64,000 nucleotides of DNA from an uncultured Dehalococcoidia bacterium (GTDB taxonomy: Bacteria > Chloroflexota > Dehalococcoidia > Lucifugimonadales > Australimonadaceae). Location: positions 1,784,394-1,848,393 of the forward strand of contig OY282355.1 of assembly GCA_958295525.1 (NCBI GenBank), in the 5' to 3' direction. This document shows, one piece after another, positions 8,128 to 17,022 of the stretch; the stretch's first letter is position 1; each line of letters begins with the position of its first letter. A model generated the notes under the pieces. It did not search any database. It saw only the letters and a list, made by a program, of their open reading frames with translations, and was not told the DNA's origin. Both the position numbers and the translations under genes were made by a program.

Positions 8128-9882
8128 TCACGTCCTGCCGAATTGCCTGCCGATGGACTCGTTGGAGACGCGGACGATGGTCGGCCTGCCGTGGGGGCAT
8201 CGCTGGGGGTTGGCTTCGGAGGCGAGGGCGTCGGCGAGCGCGGCCATCTCCTGGTCGGTGAGCGTTTGGCCTGCGCGGACGGAACTGTGGCAGGCGATGG
8301 AGGCCGCGACTGCGTAGCGCGCGCCGTCGGCGTCCGCGCCGGACGAGAGGCAGTCCAAGATTTCGTCGAGCAGTTTGGCGGCGTCCACGCGGCGCGCCAT
8401 CACGGGGACGGCGCGGACGAGCCACGAGTCGCCGCCGAACGGCTCCAAGCGCAGGCCGTAGCCTTCCAGGGTTTCGCGGGATGCGGCGAGCGCGTCCATC
8501 CGGCGGGGAGAGAGGCGCACGGGGAGCGGCTCCAGCATCGGCTGCGTCTCCGGCTCGCGGTTGGCCCACTGACGGAGGAGGCGGTAGTAGAGAACCGACT
8601 CGTGCCCCGCGTGCTGGTCTATGAGGTACATACCGTCCGGGCCCTCCGCGACGACGTAAGCGCCGGACACCTGGCCGAGGATGCGGAGGCGGGAGAGCGG
8701 CGACGCGCCGTCCAATTGCGGGGAGGGCGCGTCCGCGGCGGGCGCGGGCTCAGGCAAGGGGCCGGAGTCCCGGGTGAAGCGGAAGCCCCCCGGCGGAGCG
8801 TCTTCGCTCGCGGGGAAAGCGTTTTCCGCGCCGCCGGGGATCGGCGCGCCGGCGCCGGCGTCGGGCGCGAGGAGGCGGTCGGCGTCGAGAACGGGCGCGG
8901 CGGGGAATACGGCGCTCCGGACGGCCTGCTGGACGCTGGAGAAAGCGTCGCTCTCGCGGGCGAGGCGCACCTCGCGCTTGTTCGGATGGACGTTCACGTC
9001 GACTTCGCCCGGGGGAACGTCGAGGAAGATGACGGCGATGGGAAACCGGCCTTCCATCAGAAGCCCGCGGTAGGCGTCCTCCACGGCGACGGCGATGGCG
9101 CGATGCTGGACGGAGCGTCCGTTGACGAAGAGGGACACGCCGGTTCGGGAGGAGCGGCTGCGCTCGGGCGGGGCGGCGAGCCCCCAGACGGGATAGGGGC
9201 CTGCCCAGGAAGCGACGTCCAGCATCGCGTCGGCGAGTTCGGCGCCGAGCGCGGCGGACGCGGCGTCGCGGAGGCTTCCGTTGCCGGAAGTGGTCAACTG
9301 CGTTTTGCCGTCGGCCTTGAGCGTCATTCGGACGTGGGGGTTGGCGAGCGCGAGGCTCTCCATCGTTTGGCGTATGCGGGAGGTTTCGGCGGCGGCGGAG
9401 CGGATGAATTTCAGGCGGGCGGGGATGGAGGAAAACAGGGCTTCGACTTCTATGGACGTGCCCGGGGCGGCGCCGGTTTCGACGCGGCGGACGACCTCGC
9501 CGCCTTGCAACTCGATGGCGGTCGCGGATTCGGCGTCCGGCGTTCGGGTGGTCATTCGGACGGTCGCGGCGGCGGCGATGCTGGCGAGCGCTTCGCCGCG
9601 AAAGCCGAGCGTGGCGATTCGGGCGAGGTCGTCTTCGGATTGGAGTTTGCTGGTCGAGTGACGCCGGAAGGCGAGTTCCGCCTCCTCGGCGGGAACGCCG
9701 CAGCCGTCGTCGGTTACGCGGATGGAGGCGAGTCCGCCGTGGCGCGTCTCAACGGCGACGGCGGACGCGCCCGCGTCGAGGGCGTTTTCGACGAGTTCCT
9801 TGACGACGGACGCGGGGCGCTCGATGACCTCGCCGGCGGCGATGCGGGCGGCGGTCGCGGGGGGCAGCACGCGGATGGGCAT
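8128..9882 (-). CDS. mutL: DNA mismatch repair protein MutL
   Basis: MPIRVLPPATAARIAAGEVIERPASVVKELVENALDAGA is the GHKL ATPase N-terminus. The C-terminal CPHGRPT motif is present. Confidence 0.95.
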   Translation of the reverse strand: MPIRVLPPATAARIAAGEVIERPASVVKELVENALDAGASAVAVETRHGGLASIRVTDDGCGVPAEEAELAFRRHSTSKLQSEDDLARIATLGFRGEALASIAAAATVRMTTRTPDAESATAIELQGGEVVRRVETGAAPGTSIEVEALFSSIPARLKFIRSAAAETSRIRQTMESLALANPHVRMTLKADGKTQLTTSGNGSLRDAASAALGAELADAMLDVASWAGPYPVWGLAAPPERSRSSRTGVSLFVNGRSVQHRAIAVAVEDAYRGLLMEGRFPIAVIFLDVPPGEVDVNVHPNKREVRLARESDAFSSVQQAVRSAVFPAAPVLDADRLLAPDAGAGAPIPGGAENAFPASEDAPPGGFRFTRDSGPLPEPAPAADAPSPQLDGASPLSRLRILGQVSGAYVVAEGPDGMYLIDQHAGHESVLYYRLLRQWANREPETQPMLEPLPVRLSPRRMDALAASRETLEGYGLRLEPFGGDSWLVRAVPVMARRVDAAKLLDEILDCLSSGADADGARYAVAASIACHSSVRAGQTLTDQEMAALADALASEANPQRCPHGRPTIVRVSNESIGRQFGRT

Positions 9883-10133
9883 CGCTAGCCGCCCTCCGCA
9901 GCGCGAACGGACGCGCTCGAGGCGGGCGCGGGCAGCCGCTCGCTCCGCTCGCTCATAGCATTGCGCTGAACAGCGCTCATTCGCGTGCGCGCCTCCTGCT
10001 TTCGATGGGATTGGGAGGCCGCCCGCGGGCCTCGTTGACGCGCATCCTAACAGGCGCAGGAGGCGCTCCGCGTCTGCTAGACTGGAGCGCCTACGGACTT
10101 CCGCGCTCTGGCGCGGCCTTTCTCTCCGACGCG

Positions 10134-10457
10134 ATGAACGCCGACCCGAAACACAACGAGCAAACGATCTCCGTCGCGCAGGTGCGGCAGATCGCCGCGC
10201 TTTGCCGCATTGGGCTGACGGACGAGGAAGCGGAGCAGTTGCGCGGCGAGATGGCGGGTCTGCTCGACGAGGTGAGCGTTCTGCAGGAGATAGACACGAC
10301 CGGCGTCGAGCCCACCGGGCACGCGGTCGAGGAAGTCCGCAGCGTGATGCGGGACGACGAGCCGCGCCCGCCGATGGAGCGCGAGGAGACGCTGGCCAAC
10401 GCCCCCCGGCGGGAGGGCGCGTTCTTCCGCGTGCAGGCCGTGATGGACGAATCCTGA
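10134..10457 (+). CDS. gatC: Asp/Glu-tRNA(Asn/Gln) amidotransferase subunit C
   Basis: ISVAQVRQIAALCRIGLTDEEAEQLRGEMAGLLDEV..IDTTGVEPTGH. It lies directly upstream of gatA. Start trimmed to the ATG at 10134. Confidence 0.9.
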   Translation: MNADPKHNEQTISVAQVRQIAALCRIGLTDEEAEQLRGEMAGLLDEVSVLQEIDTTGVEPTGHAVEEVRSVMRDDEPRPPMEREETLANAPRREGAFFRVQAVMDES

Positions 10458-10460
10458 CCG

Positions 10461-11915
10461 ATGGCCGACCTGCACTACCTGACCGCAGCCGAAATGTCCC
10501 GCGCGCTCGCCCGCCGCGAAATCTCCGCCGTGGAACTTGCGGAGGCGCATTTGGAGCGCATCGCCGAGATCGACCCCGGACTCGGGGCGTATCTCGCAGC
10601 GACTCCCGACGCGGCGCGCGCGCAGGCCGCCGAGGCCGACCGCCGCATCGCGCGGGGCGAGGCGGAGCCGCTCACCGGCGCGCCGATGCAACTGAAGGAC
10701 AACCTTTCGACGAAAGGCGTCCCCACGACTTGCGCCTCGCGGATGCTGGAGGGGTACGTTCCTCCCTACGACGCGACCGCCGCCGTCCGCCTCGCGCAGG
10801 CGGGCGCGGTTCTGCTGGGCAAGGGCAATATGGACGAGTTCGCTATGGGCTCCTCCAGCGAGACGTCGGCGTTCAAGGTCGTCCGCAACCCGTGGGACGC
10901 CTCCCGCGCGCCGGGGGGGTCCAGCGGCGGCCCGGCGGCGGCGGTGGCGGCGGGGCTCGCGGCCTACGCGCTGGGCTCCGACACCGGCGGCTCCATTCGC
11001 CAGCCCGCCGCGCTCTGCGGGGTGGTTGGCCTCAAACCGACCTACGGCCTCGTGTCGCGCTACGGACTCATTGCGTTCGCGTCGTCGCTCGATCAGATCG
11101 GCCCGCTCGCGCGCTCCGTCGAGGACGCCGCGCTCGCGCTCAACGCCATCGCCGGACACGACCCGCTGGACTCGACGAGCATTCCGTCGCCGACGCCGGA
11201 CTACACGGCGGGCATAGCGGGGGGCGTTCGCGGGCTGCGGATCGGCGTCGTGCCCGAGTACCTCGGCGAGGGCATCGCGCCTGCGGTCGCCGAATCGGTG
11301 AAAGCGGCGGTCGGCGTTTTGGAATCGCTGGGGGCGAGCGTCGAGGAGGTTTCGCTGCCCGCGTCCCGCGCCGCGCTGGCCGTCTACTACGTCATCGCTC
11401 CGTCGGAGTGTTCCGCCAACCTCGCGCGCTACGACGGCGTGAAGTACGGCTATTCCGATCAGAGCGCGGACGGGATGTGGGCGGCGCTGGACGCGACGCG
11501 GCGCAACGGCTTCGGCCCGGAGGTTCGCCGCCGCATTCTGATGGGCGCTTACGCACTCTCCGCAGGCTACTACGACGCCTACTACAAGAAGGCGCAGCAG
11601 GCGCGGACTCTGATCCGCCGCGAGTTTCAGGAGGCTTTCCGGCGCGTGGACGTTCTCGCGCTGCCCACCGCCCCCACGACCGCGTTCGAGATCGGCGGCA
11701 TCGCGGATCCGGTCGTGATGCACGCCAACGACGTTTGCACGATTCCCGCGAACATCGCGGGCATCCCCGGCATTTCCGTTCCGTGCGGCTTCGCGGATGG
11801 GTTGCCGGTCGGTTTGCAACTGCTCGGCCCGCACCTGAGCGAGGCGGCGCTTCTGCGCGCCGCCTACGCCTACGAGCAGGCGAGCGAGTGGCGCGACCGC
11901 CATCCCATTCTGTGA
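10461..11915 (+). CDS. gatA: Glutamyl-tRNA(Gln) amidotransferase subunit A
   Basis: Amidase signature GKGNMDEFAMGSSSETSAF..GGSSGGPAAAVAAG; length 484 aa. Confidence 0.95.
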   Translation: MADLHYLTAAEMSRALARREISAVELAEAHLERIAEIDPGLGAYLAATPDAARAQAAEADRRIARGEAEPLTGAPMQLKDNLSTKGVPTTCASRMLEGYVPPYDATAAVRLAQAGAVLLGKGNMDEFAMGSSSETSAFKVVRNPWDASRAPGGSSGGPAAAVAAGLAAYALGSDTGGSIRQPAALCGVVGLKPTYGLVSRYGLIAFASSLDQIGPLARSVEDAALALNAIAGHDPLDSTSIPSPTPDYTAGIAGGVRGLRIGVVPEYLGEGIAPAVAESVKAAVGVLESLGASVEEVSLPASRAALAVYYVIAPSECSANLARYDGVKYGYSDQSADGMWAALDATRRNGFGPEVRRRILMGAYALSAGYYDAYYKKAQQARTLIRREFQEAFRRVDVLALPTAPTTAFEIGGIADPVVMHANDVCTIPANIAGIPGISVPCGFADGLPVGLQLLGPHLSEAALLRAAYAYEQASEWRDRHPIL

Positions 11916-11988
11916 CCGTTCCGCGTCCGCCGGCCTGCCCGCGCCGACGGGAGCGCGCCTTCCTCATTTTTGCTAAACTCGCCGCGCT

Positions 11989-12957
11989 ATGCCCGTGAAG
12001 AAGATCGGCATTCTCGCCAGCGGGGGCGACTCCCCCGGAATGAACGCGGCCATCCGCGCCGCCACTCGCGCCGCCCTTCACTACGGAGTCGAGACGCACG
12101 GCTTCTCGGACGGCTACCGGGGGGTCATCAACCGCGAGTCCGAGCCGCTCACTTCCCGCTCGGTCGCCGGGCTGCTCCGGCAAGGCGGAAGCATCATCGG
12201 CGCGGGGCGCTGCCCCGAGTTCTTCGATGCGGACGTCCGGCAGGCGGCGGCGGACTCCTTGCGCGCCGATGGCTTCGACGGGCTGATCGTCATTGGCGGG
12301 GACGGCTCGCTCGCGGGCGCGTGGGAACTCCACAAACTGGGCGTCCCCACCGTCGCCGTGCCCGGCACGATAGACAACGATATGCCCGGGACGGAGACGA
12401 CGATCGGCGCGGACACCGCGATCAACACGGCGATGGAGGCGATAGACCGCATCCGCGACACCGCGTCCGCCCACCGGCGGGCGATGATCGTCGAGGTGAT
12501 GGGCAGGCATTGCGGCTACATCGCGGTGATGGCCGCGCTCGCGACCGGCGCGGAGATGGCGCTCACGCCCGAGCGCCCCGTCGAGTTGGAGGACGTTTTC
12601 AAGGAGTTGCGGAGCGTCTGGGGGCACGGCAAGCGGCACTTCATCATCGTGCTGGCGGAAGGGGCGAGGTGGAGCGCGGCGGAACTCGCGCAACTGATCA
12701 ACGATTCGGCGGAGCCCTACGACGCCCGCTACACCGTGCTCGGCTACATTCAGCGAGGCGGCGTTCCTTCGAGATTCGACCGCATTCTCGCCACGCGGAT
12801 GGGCGTCGCGGCTGCGGAGGCGCTCATCGAGGGGCGCTCCGGCGCGCTCGTCTGCTGGCGCAACGGCAATTGCGAGGCTATCCAGGCCGACGCGCTCCCG
12901 CCCAAGAGCGCTCCGTGGGACCGGATGCTGGACAGGGTTTTCGCCATCACGACGTGA
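11989..12957 (+). CDS. pfkA: ATP-dependent 6-phosphofructokinase
   Basis: KKIGILASGGDSPGMNAAIRA, IGGDGS and PGTIDNDM motifs. Confidence 0.9.
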   Translation: MPVKKIGILASGGDSPGMNAAIRAATRAALHYGVETHGFSDGYRGVINRESEPLTSRSVAGLLRQGGSIIGAGRCPEFFDADVRQAAADSLRADGFDGLIVIGGDGSLAGAWELHKLGVPTVAVPGTIDNDMPGTETTIGADTAINTAMEAIDRIRDTASAHRRAMIVEVMGRHCGYIAVMAALATGAEMALTPERPVELEDVFKELRSVWGHGKRHFIIVLAEGARWSAAELAQLINDSAEPYDARYTVLGYIQRGGVPSRFDRILATRMGVAAAEALIEGRSGALVCWRNGNCEAIQADALPPKSAPWDRMLDRVFAITT

Positions 12958-13010
12958 GGCGCTCTCGCCTGCGGAGGGGGCGCTTCGCCTCGTGAAGCGC
13001 GCTCCCCGCG

Positions 13011-13040
13011 TTGACATCGGCGGGGAGCGCAAGGTATGCT
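13011..13040 (+). promoter_or_regulatory. Candidate sigma70-type promoter for citrate synthase
   Basis: TTGACA (13011-13016), 18-nt spacer, TATGCT (13035-13040). It lies ~60 nt upstream of the ATG at 13104, which is preceded by ggagggagagagag. Confidence 0.35.
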
Positions 13041-13103
13041 CGCGCCCATCGGCGCGGGGTTGCGGGGGCGCGCCGTCGCCCGCTACGGAGGGAGAGAGAG
13101 CGC

Positions 13104-14243
13104 ATGGCAGAGCAGGAAGTCGAACTGAAGCGCGGGCTTCGGGACGTCTATTTCGAGTCCACGGAATCCAGCCTTGTCATCGGCTCCGTCGGACGCCTCA
13201 TCTACCGGGGCTACGATATTCACGATCTGGCTGAGCGCGCCACGTTCGAAGAGGTCGCGCATCTGCTGCTGGAGAAGCATCTTCCGACGCAGGCGGAACT
13301 GGACGCCTTCAGCGCGTCGCTCCGACAATGCAGGGAGATTCCCCCGGAAGTCACGGAGATCATCGAGCGGATAAAGGACGGCCACCCGATGGACGTCCTT
13401 CGCACGGCGGTCTCCGCGCTCGCGGCGTTCGAGCCCGGCGTTGACGACGTTTCCCACGAGGGGACGCTCCGCAAGGGCATCAAGATCACCGCCCAAACGC
13501 CGACCATCGTCGCCGCGCACCACCGCATCCGCAGCGGCAAGCCGCCCGTTCCGCCCGACCCGTCCCTCCCCCACGCGGCCAACTTTCTCGCTATGCTCTT
13601 CGGCGAGCGCCCGGACGACGAGACCGCCCGCCTCATAGACAAAGACCTCATCGTGCATCTGGATCACGGAGCGAACGCGTCGTCGTTCGCGGCGCGAGTC
13701 ACCGCGAGCACGCTCGCGGACGTGCACGGCGCGGTGGTCACCGGCCTCTCGACGCTAAAAGGCCCGCTGCACGGCGGCGCGGCGGAAGGCGTGATGAAGA
13801 TGGCGCTGGAGATCGGCGAGGTGGAGAACGTCGAGGCGTACCTCGCGGCCAAGCGCGAACGCCGCGAGCGCATTATGGGCTTCGGGCACGCCGTCTACCG
13901 GGCCGAAGACCCGCGCGCGCGCCACCTGCGCGAGGGATCGCGCCGCCTCGCCGAGAAGATGGGCGACCCCAAGTGGTTCCAAATCCTCAGCGAGGTCGAG
14001 AAGCGCATGCAGCCCTACGCTGAGCGCGGCATCTGCGTCAACGTGGACTTTTGGGCGGGCTCCGTCTACTACCTCCTCGGCGTGCCGGAGGACTTGTTCA
14101 TTCCGATCTTCGCGGTCGCCCGCGTGCCGGGCTACGTCGCGCAGATTCTGGAGCAGCAGGACAAGAATATGCTCATCAGGCCGCAAATGCGGTACGACGG
14201 CCCGATGGACGCCGAATTCGTCCCCATCGCGGAGCGCGGATGA
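13104..14243 (+). CDS. gltA: Citrate synthase (small bacterial/archaeal type)
   Basis: GLRDVYFESTESSLV..GRLIYRGYDIHDLA, LDHGANASSF and GFGHAVYRAEDPRA catalytic motifs. Confidence 0.9.
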   Translation: MAEQEVELKRGLRDVYFESTESSLVIGSVGRLIYRGYDIHDLAERATFEEVAHLLLEKHLPTQAELDAFSASLRQCREIPPEVTEIIERIKDGHPMDVLRTAVSALAAFEPGVDDVSHEGTLRKGIKITAQTPTIVAAHHRIRSGKPPVPPDPSLPHAANFLAMLFGERPDDETARLIDKDLIVHLDHGANASSFAARVTASTLADVHGAVVTGLSTLKGPLHGGAAEGVMKMALEIGEVENVEAYLAAKRERRERIMGFGHAVYRAEDPRARHLREGSRRLAEKMGDPKWFQILSEVEKRMQPYAERGICVNVDFWAGSVYYLLGVPEDLFIPIFAVARVPGYVAQILEQQDKNMLIRPQMRYDGPMDAEFVPIAERG

Positions 14244-14470
14244 GCGGCGCGATGCTCGTCGAGGGAACGGACGTCAGGACGCAGCAGGCGGCGGAACTCG
14301 CGGACGCCGTCGAATCCGATTGCGCCCATCACTGGGCGATCGAGAGCCCGAACGGCCCCACGAGCAACGGCACCTGCAAACGCTGCGGCGAGATCAAAGA
14401 GTTCAAGAACTCCATCAAGATCACGAGTTGGGAATCGGAAGGGTCGCACGCGAACCGCCACCCGCGCTAG
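14240..14470 (+). CDS. Small Cys/His protein (putative zinc ribbon), ATGA-overlapped with the citrate synthase stop
   Basis: ATG at 14240 overlaps the TGA at 14241-14243. Product contains DCAHHWAIESPNGPTSNGTCKRCGE (C-HH ... CxxC). Confidence 0.4.
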   Translation: MSGAMLVEGTDVRTQQAAELADAVESDCAHHWAIESPNGPTSNGTCKRCGEIKEFKNSIKITSWESEGSHANRHPR

Positions 14471-14562
14471 CCGCCCGCAACCCCCATTCTCGCTTACGCG
14501 GGAATCCAGAACGCGAAGAGGAAACCCCACCGTCTCATAACCCGACCGCCCGGCAAGGTACA

Positions 14563-15729
14563 ATGGACGTCGCTATGGCGGATTCGGCGGCGGGAACAAG
14601 CGGGCGGGCGGCGGGGCGCGGCAAGCGCGTCGTCGCGGCGATGTCGGGCGGCGTGGACTCGTCCGCGGCGGCGCGCCTGCTGTCAAGAGACGGATACGAC
14701 GTCATCGGCGTCACGATGCGGCTGTGGGATTCCGACGCGGACGGCGTGTCGCCGGAGCATCAGGGCTGCTGCTCCATTCAGGACATCGAAGACGCGCGGC
14801 GCGTGTGCCGGACGCTGGGGATTCCGCACTACGTCGTGGACGCGCGGAGCGAGTTCCGCGAGCACGTCATCGGCTACTTCGTCGAGGAGTACCGGCGGGG
14901 GCGGACGCCCCACCCCTGCATCGCCTGCAACGACCGCATCAAGTTCGACTTTCTGATGCGGCGCGCCGGAATGCTGGACGCGGATTTCGTCGCCACGGGG
15001 CACTACGCGCGCGTCGTCCCCGACGACAACGGCGGAGGCGCGTGGACGCTGCGGCGCGGCGCCGACGCGGGCAAGGATCAGTCCTACGTGCTGTTCGGGC
15101 TGGGGCAGGAGCAACTGGCGCGGACGCTGCTGCCCGTCGGCGCGTTCACGAAAGCGGAGATACGCGACCTGGCGCGGGAGGCGGGCCTGCATCTCGCGGA
15201 CAAAGCGGACAGCCAGGAGATCTGTTTCATTCCAAGCGGCGACTACAGGGAGTTCCTGCGGAGCGAGGGCGGAGCGGAGCCGGGGGAGATCGTGGACGGC
15301 GAGGGGCGGGTCGTCGGCGCGCACGATGGCGTCGCGTTCTACACGGTCGGCCAGCGGCGCGGAATCGGCGTGACGGCGCAGGCGCTGGGATTGCCGGAAG
15401 GCGAGAAGGTGTACGTGACGGCGGTCGACCCGACGTCGCGCCGCGTCACGGTGGGGGGAAGCGACGGCTTGCTGCGCCGGACTGCCCGTGTGAGCGGCGC
15501 GCGCTACGTCGCGGGCGAGGCGCCGCCGTCGCCAACGCGCGTGCAGGCGAAGATTCGCTACAACGGCCCCGCCGTCCCCGCAGCGCTGAGCCCGGACGGC
15601 CCCGACGCGGAGTTGCGGTTTGACGAGCCCCAGCGCGCCGTCACGCCCGGGCAGGCCGCCGTGTTCTACGACGGCGACCGCGTGCTCGGAGGCGGCTACA
15701 TTGCGGGCGGGGCCGCATTGCCCGCGTAG
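14563..15729 (+). CDS. mnmA: tRNA-specific 2-thiouridylase MnmA
   Basis: VVAAMSGGVDSSAAA PP-loop, CCS..DIEDA, HPCIACN and DQSYVLF motifs. Confidence 0.9.
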   Translation: MDVAMADSAAGTSGRAAGRGKRVVAAMSGGVDSSAAARLLSRDGYDVIGVTMRLWDSDADGVSPEHQGCCSIQDIEDARRVCRTLGIPHYVVDARSEFREHVIGYFVEEYRRGRTPHPCIACNDRIKFDFLMRRAGMLDADFVATGHYARVVPDDNGGGAWTLRRGADAGKDQSYVLFGLGQEQLARTLLPVGAFTKAEIRDLAREAGLHLADKADSQEICFIPSGDYREFLRSEGGAEPGEIVDGEGRVVGAHDGVAFYTVGQRRGIGVTAQALGLPEGEKVYVTAVDPTSRRVTVGGSDGLLRRTARVSGARYVAGEAPPSPTRVQAKIRYNGPAVPAALSPDGPDAELRFDEPQRAVTPGQAAVFYDGDRVLGGGYIAGGAALPA

Positions 15730-15808
15730 GCGCGGGAATGCCGGACAAGCAGCGAAGGGTTTCGCTCAGGAGCGCGCGCGGGTTGCGGGCAGGGCGGGGG
15801 CGGGGGCC

Positions 15809-16924
15809 TTAGCCTGCGACGACGCCCGCCACTTCCGTCGCGTAGTAGTCCACCGCGCTGAGGTCTAGTTCGACGCCAAGCCCGGGGAGGTGCGGGACGG
15901 TGATGTGGCCGCGCGAGGGAGCGAGCGGTTTCGCAAGCAGGTCGCTCTCCAATCGCGCGCTTGCGCCGAGCCCGGCGGGCGCGGCTTCGCCGAGCGACGC
16001 GGCGAGATGCAGGCCGACGGCGACGCCGATCCCCGTCTCGAGGGGCGAGGCCACCATGCTTCGGAGCCTCCGCTCGGCGGCGAAGGCCATCACCGCTTGC
16101 GCCGCCCGCAGGCCGCCCGCCCGCGCGCCTTTCACGACGAGCGCGTCGGCGGCCTCCGCGTCCGCGACTTTCACGGCGTCGCTCATTCCGCCGACGGCCT
16201 CGTCCGCCGCGATGGGAACCGGGGACGAGCGGCGGATGCGCGCCATTCCGGTGAGGTCTTCGGCGATGACGGGCTGCTCGACGAACTCCAGCGCGTAGGG
16301 GCGCAGGCGTTCGAGGGTGTGGATTGCGCGCTCGGCGGTCCAGCCCTCGTCGGCGTCGGCGCGGAGGGCGACGCCCTCGCCGACGGCCTGCCGGACGCGC
16401 CGGACGGTCTCGACGTCGGTCTCGGCGTCGCGCGCGCCGAGGGAGATTTTCAGGCATTCGTAGCCCTGCGCGACGGCGGCGCGCGCCTGCTCCGCCGCTT
16501 CCTCCGGGGGCAGGAAGTCGAGGAGCGCGACGATGGGAATCCAGTCGATCACGCCGCCGAGGAGATCGGTTACGGGGCGTCCGGCGTTCTTGCCCATTGC
16601 GTCGAAGGCGGCGGTCTCGACGCCGAATCGGAGGGCGTCGCCGACGCTTCCGCGGGGCGCGAGCGCGGAGAGGACGTCGGACGCGATGATGGGGTGCAGC
16701 CCGAGCGCGGAGGGCGCGAGGTCGTGGAGGACGGACGCGAGGTCGGCGACGCCGGGCGGGCGTCCGGGGCCGGCGGGCGCGGCCTCGCCGACGCCCACGA
16801 GGCCGTTGTCCATAAGCATCCGAATGATGAGCGCGTTGCGTCCGGCCTTGGAGGGGTCCAAGGCGCGCTCGGGCTGCCGCATCGGGACGCGGACGCCCCG
16901 CCATTCCAATCCGCTGACGCGCAT
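15809..16924 (-). CDS. Mandelate racemase/muconate lactonizing enzyme family protein (o-succinylbenzoate synthase or dipeptide epimerase-like)
   Basis: Enolase-superfamily layout: GLVGVGEAAP capping domain, barrel with LKISLG, ADADEGW, FVEQP and IAADEA metal-ligand motifs. Confidence 0.8.
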   Translation of the reverse strand: MRVSGLEWRGVRVPMRQPERALDPSKAGRNALIIRMLMDNGLVGVGEAAPAGPGRPPGVADLASVLHDLAPSALGLHPIIASDVLSALAPRGSVGDALRFGVETAAFDAMGKNAGRPVTDLLGGVIDWIPIVALLDFLPPEEAAEQARAAVAQGYECLKISLGARDAETDVETVRRVRQAVGEGVALRADADEGWTAERAIHTLERLRPYALEFVEQPVIAEDLTGMARIRRSSPVPIAADEAVGGMSDAVKVADAEAADALVVKGARAGGLRAAQAVMAFAAERRLRSMVASPLETGIGVAVGLHLAASLGEAAPAGLGASARLESDLLAKPLAPSRGHITVPHLPGLGVELDLSAVDYYATEVAGVVAG

Positions 16925-17022
16925 AGGCGCATTATGGGCGCAATGGGGCGCAGGGGCAAGGGCGGGCTAGGAGGCTAGGCCGCCGCAGTTTCGCGCAGGC
17001 GGAGGAGAAATTAGACCGCGGG

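Noticed and set aside
15696-16904. 402-aa Arg-rich ORF overlapping the enolase-superfamily gene on the same strand in another frame
   Set aside because: Extreme Arg/Pro/Ala composition and no motifs. The alternative frame (15809-16924) has clear MR/MLE motifs.
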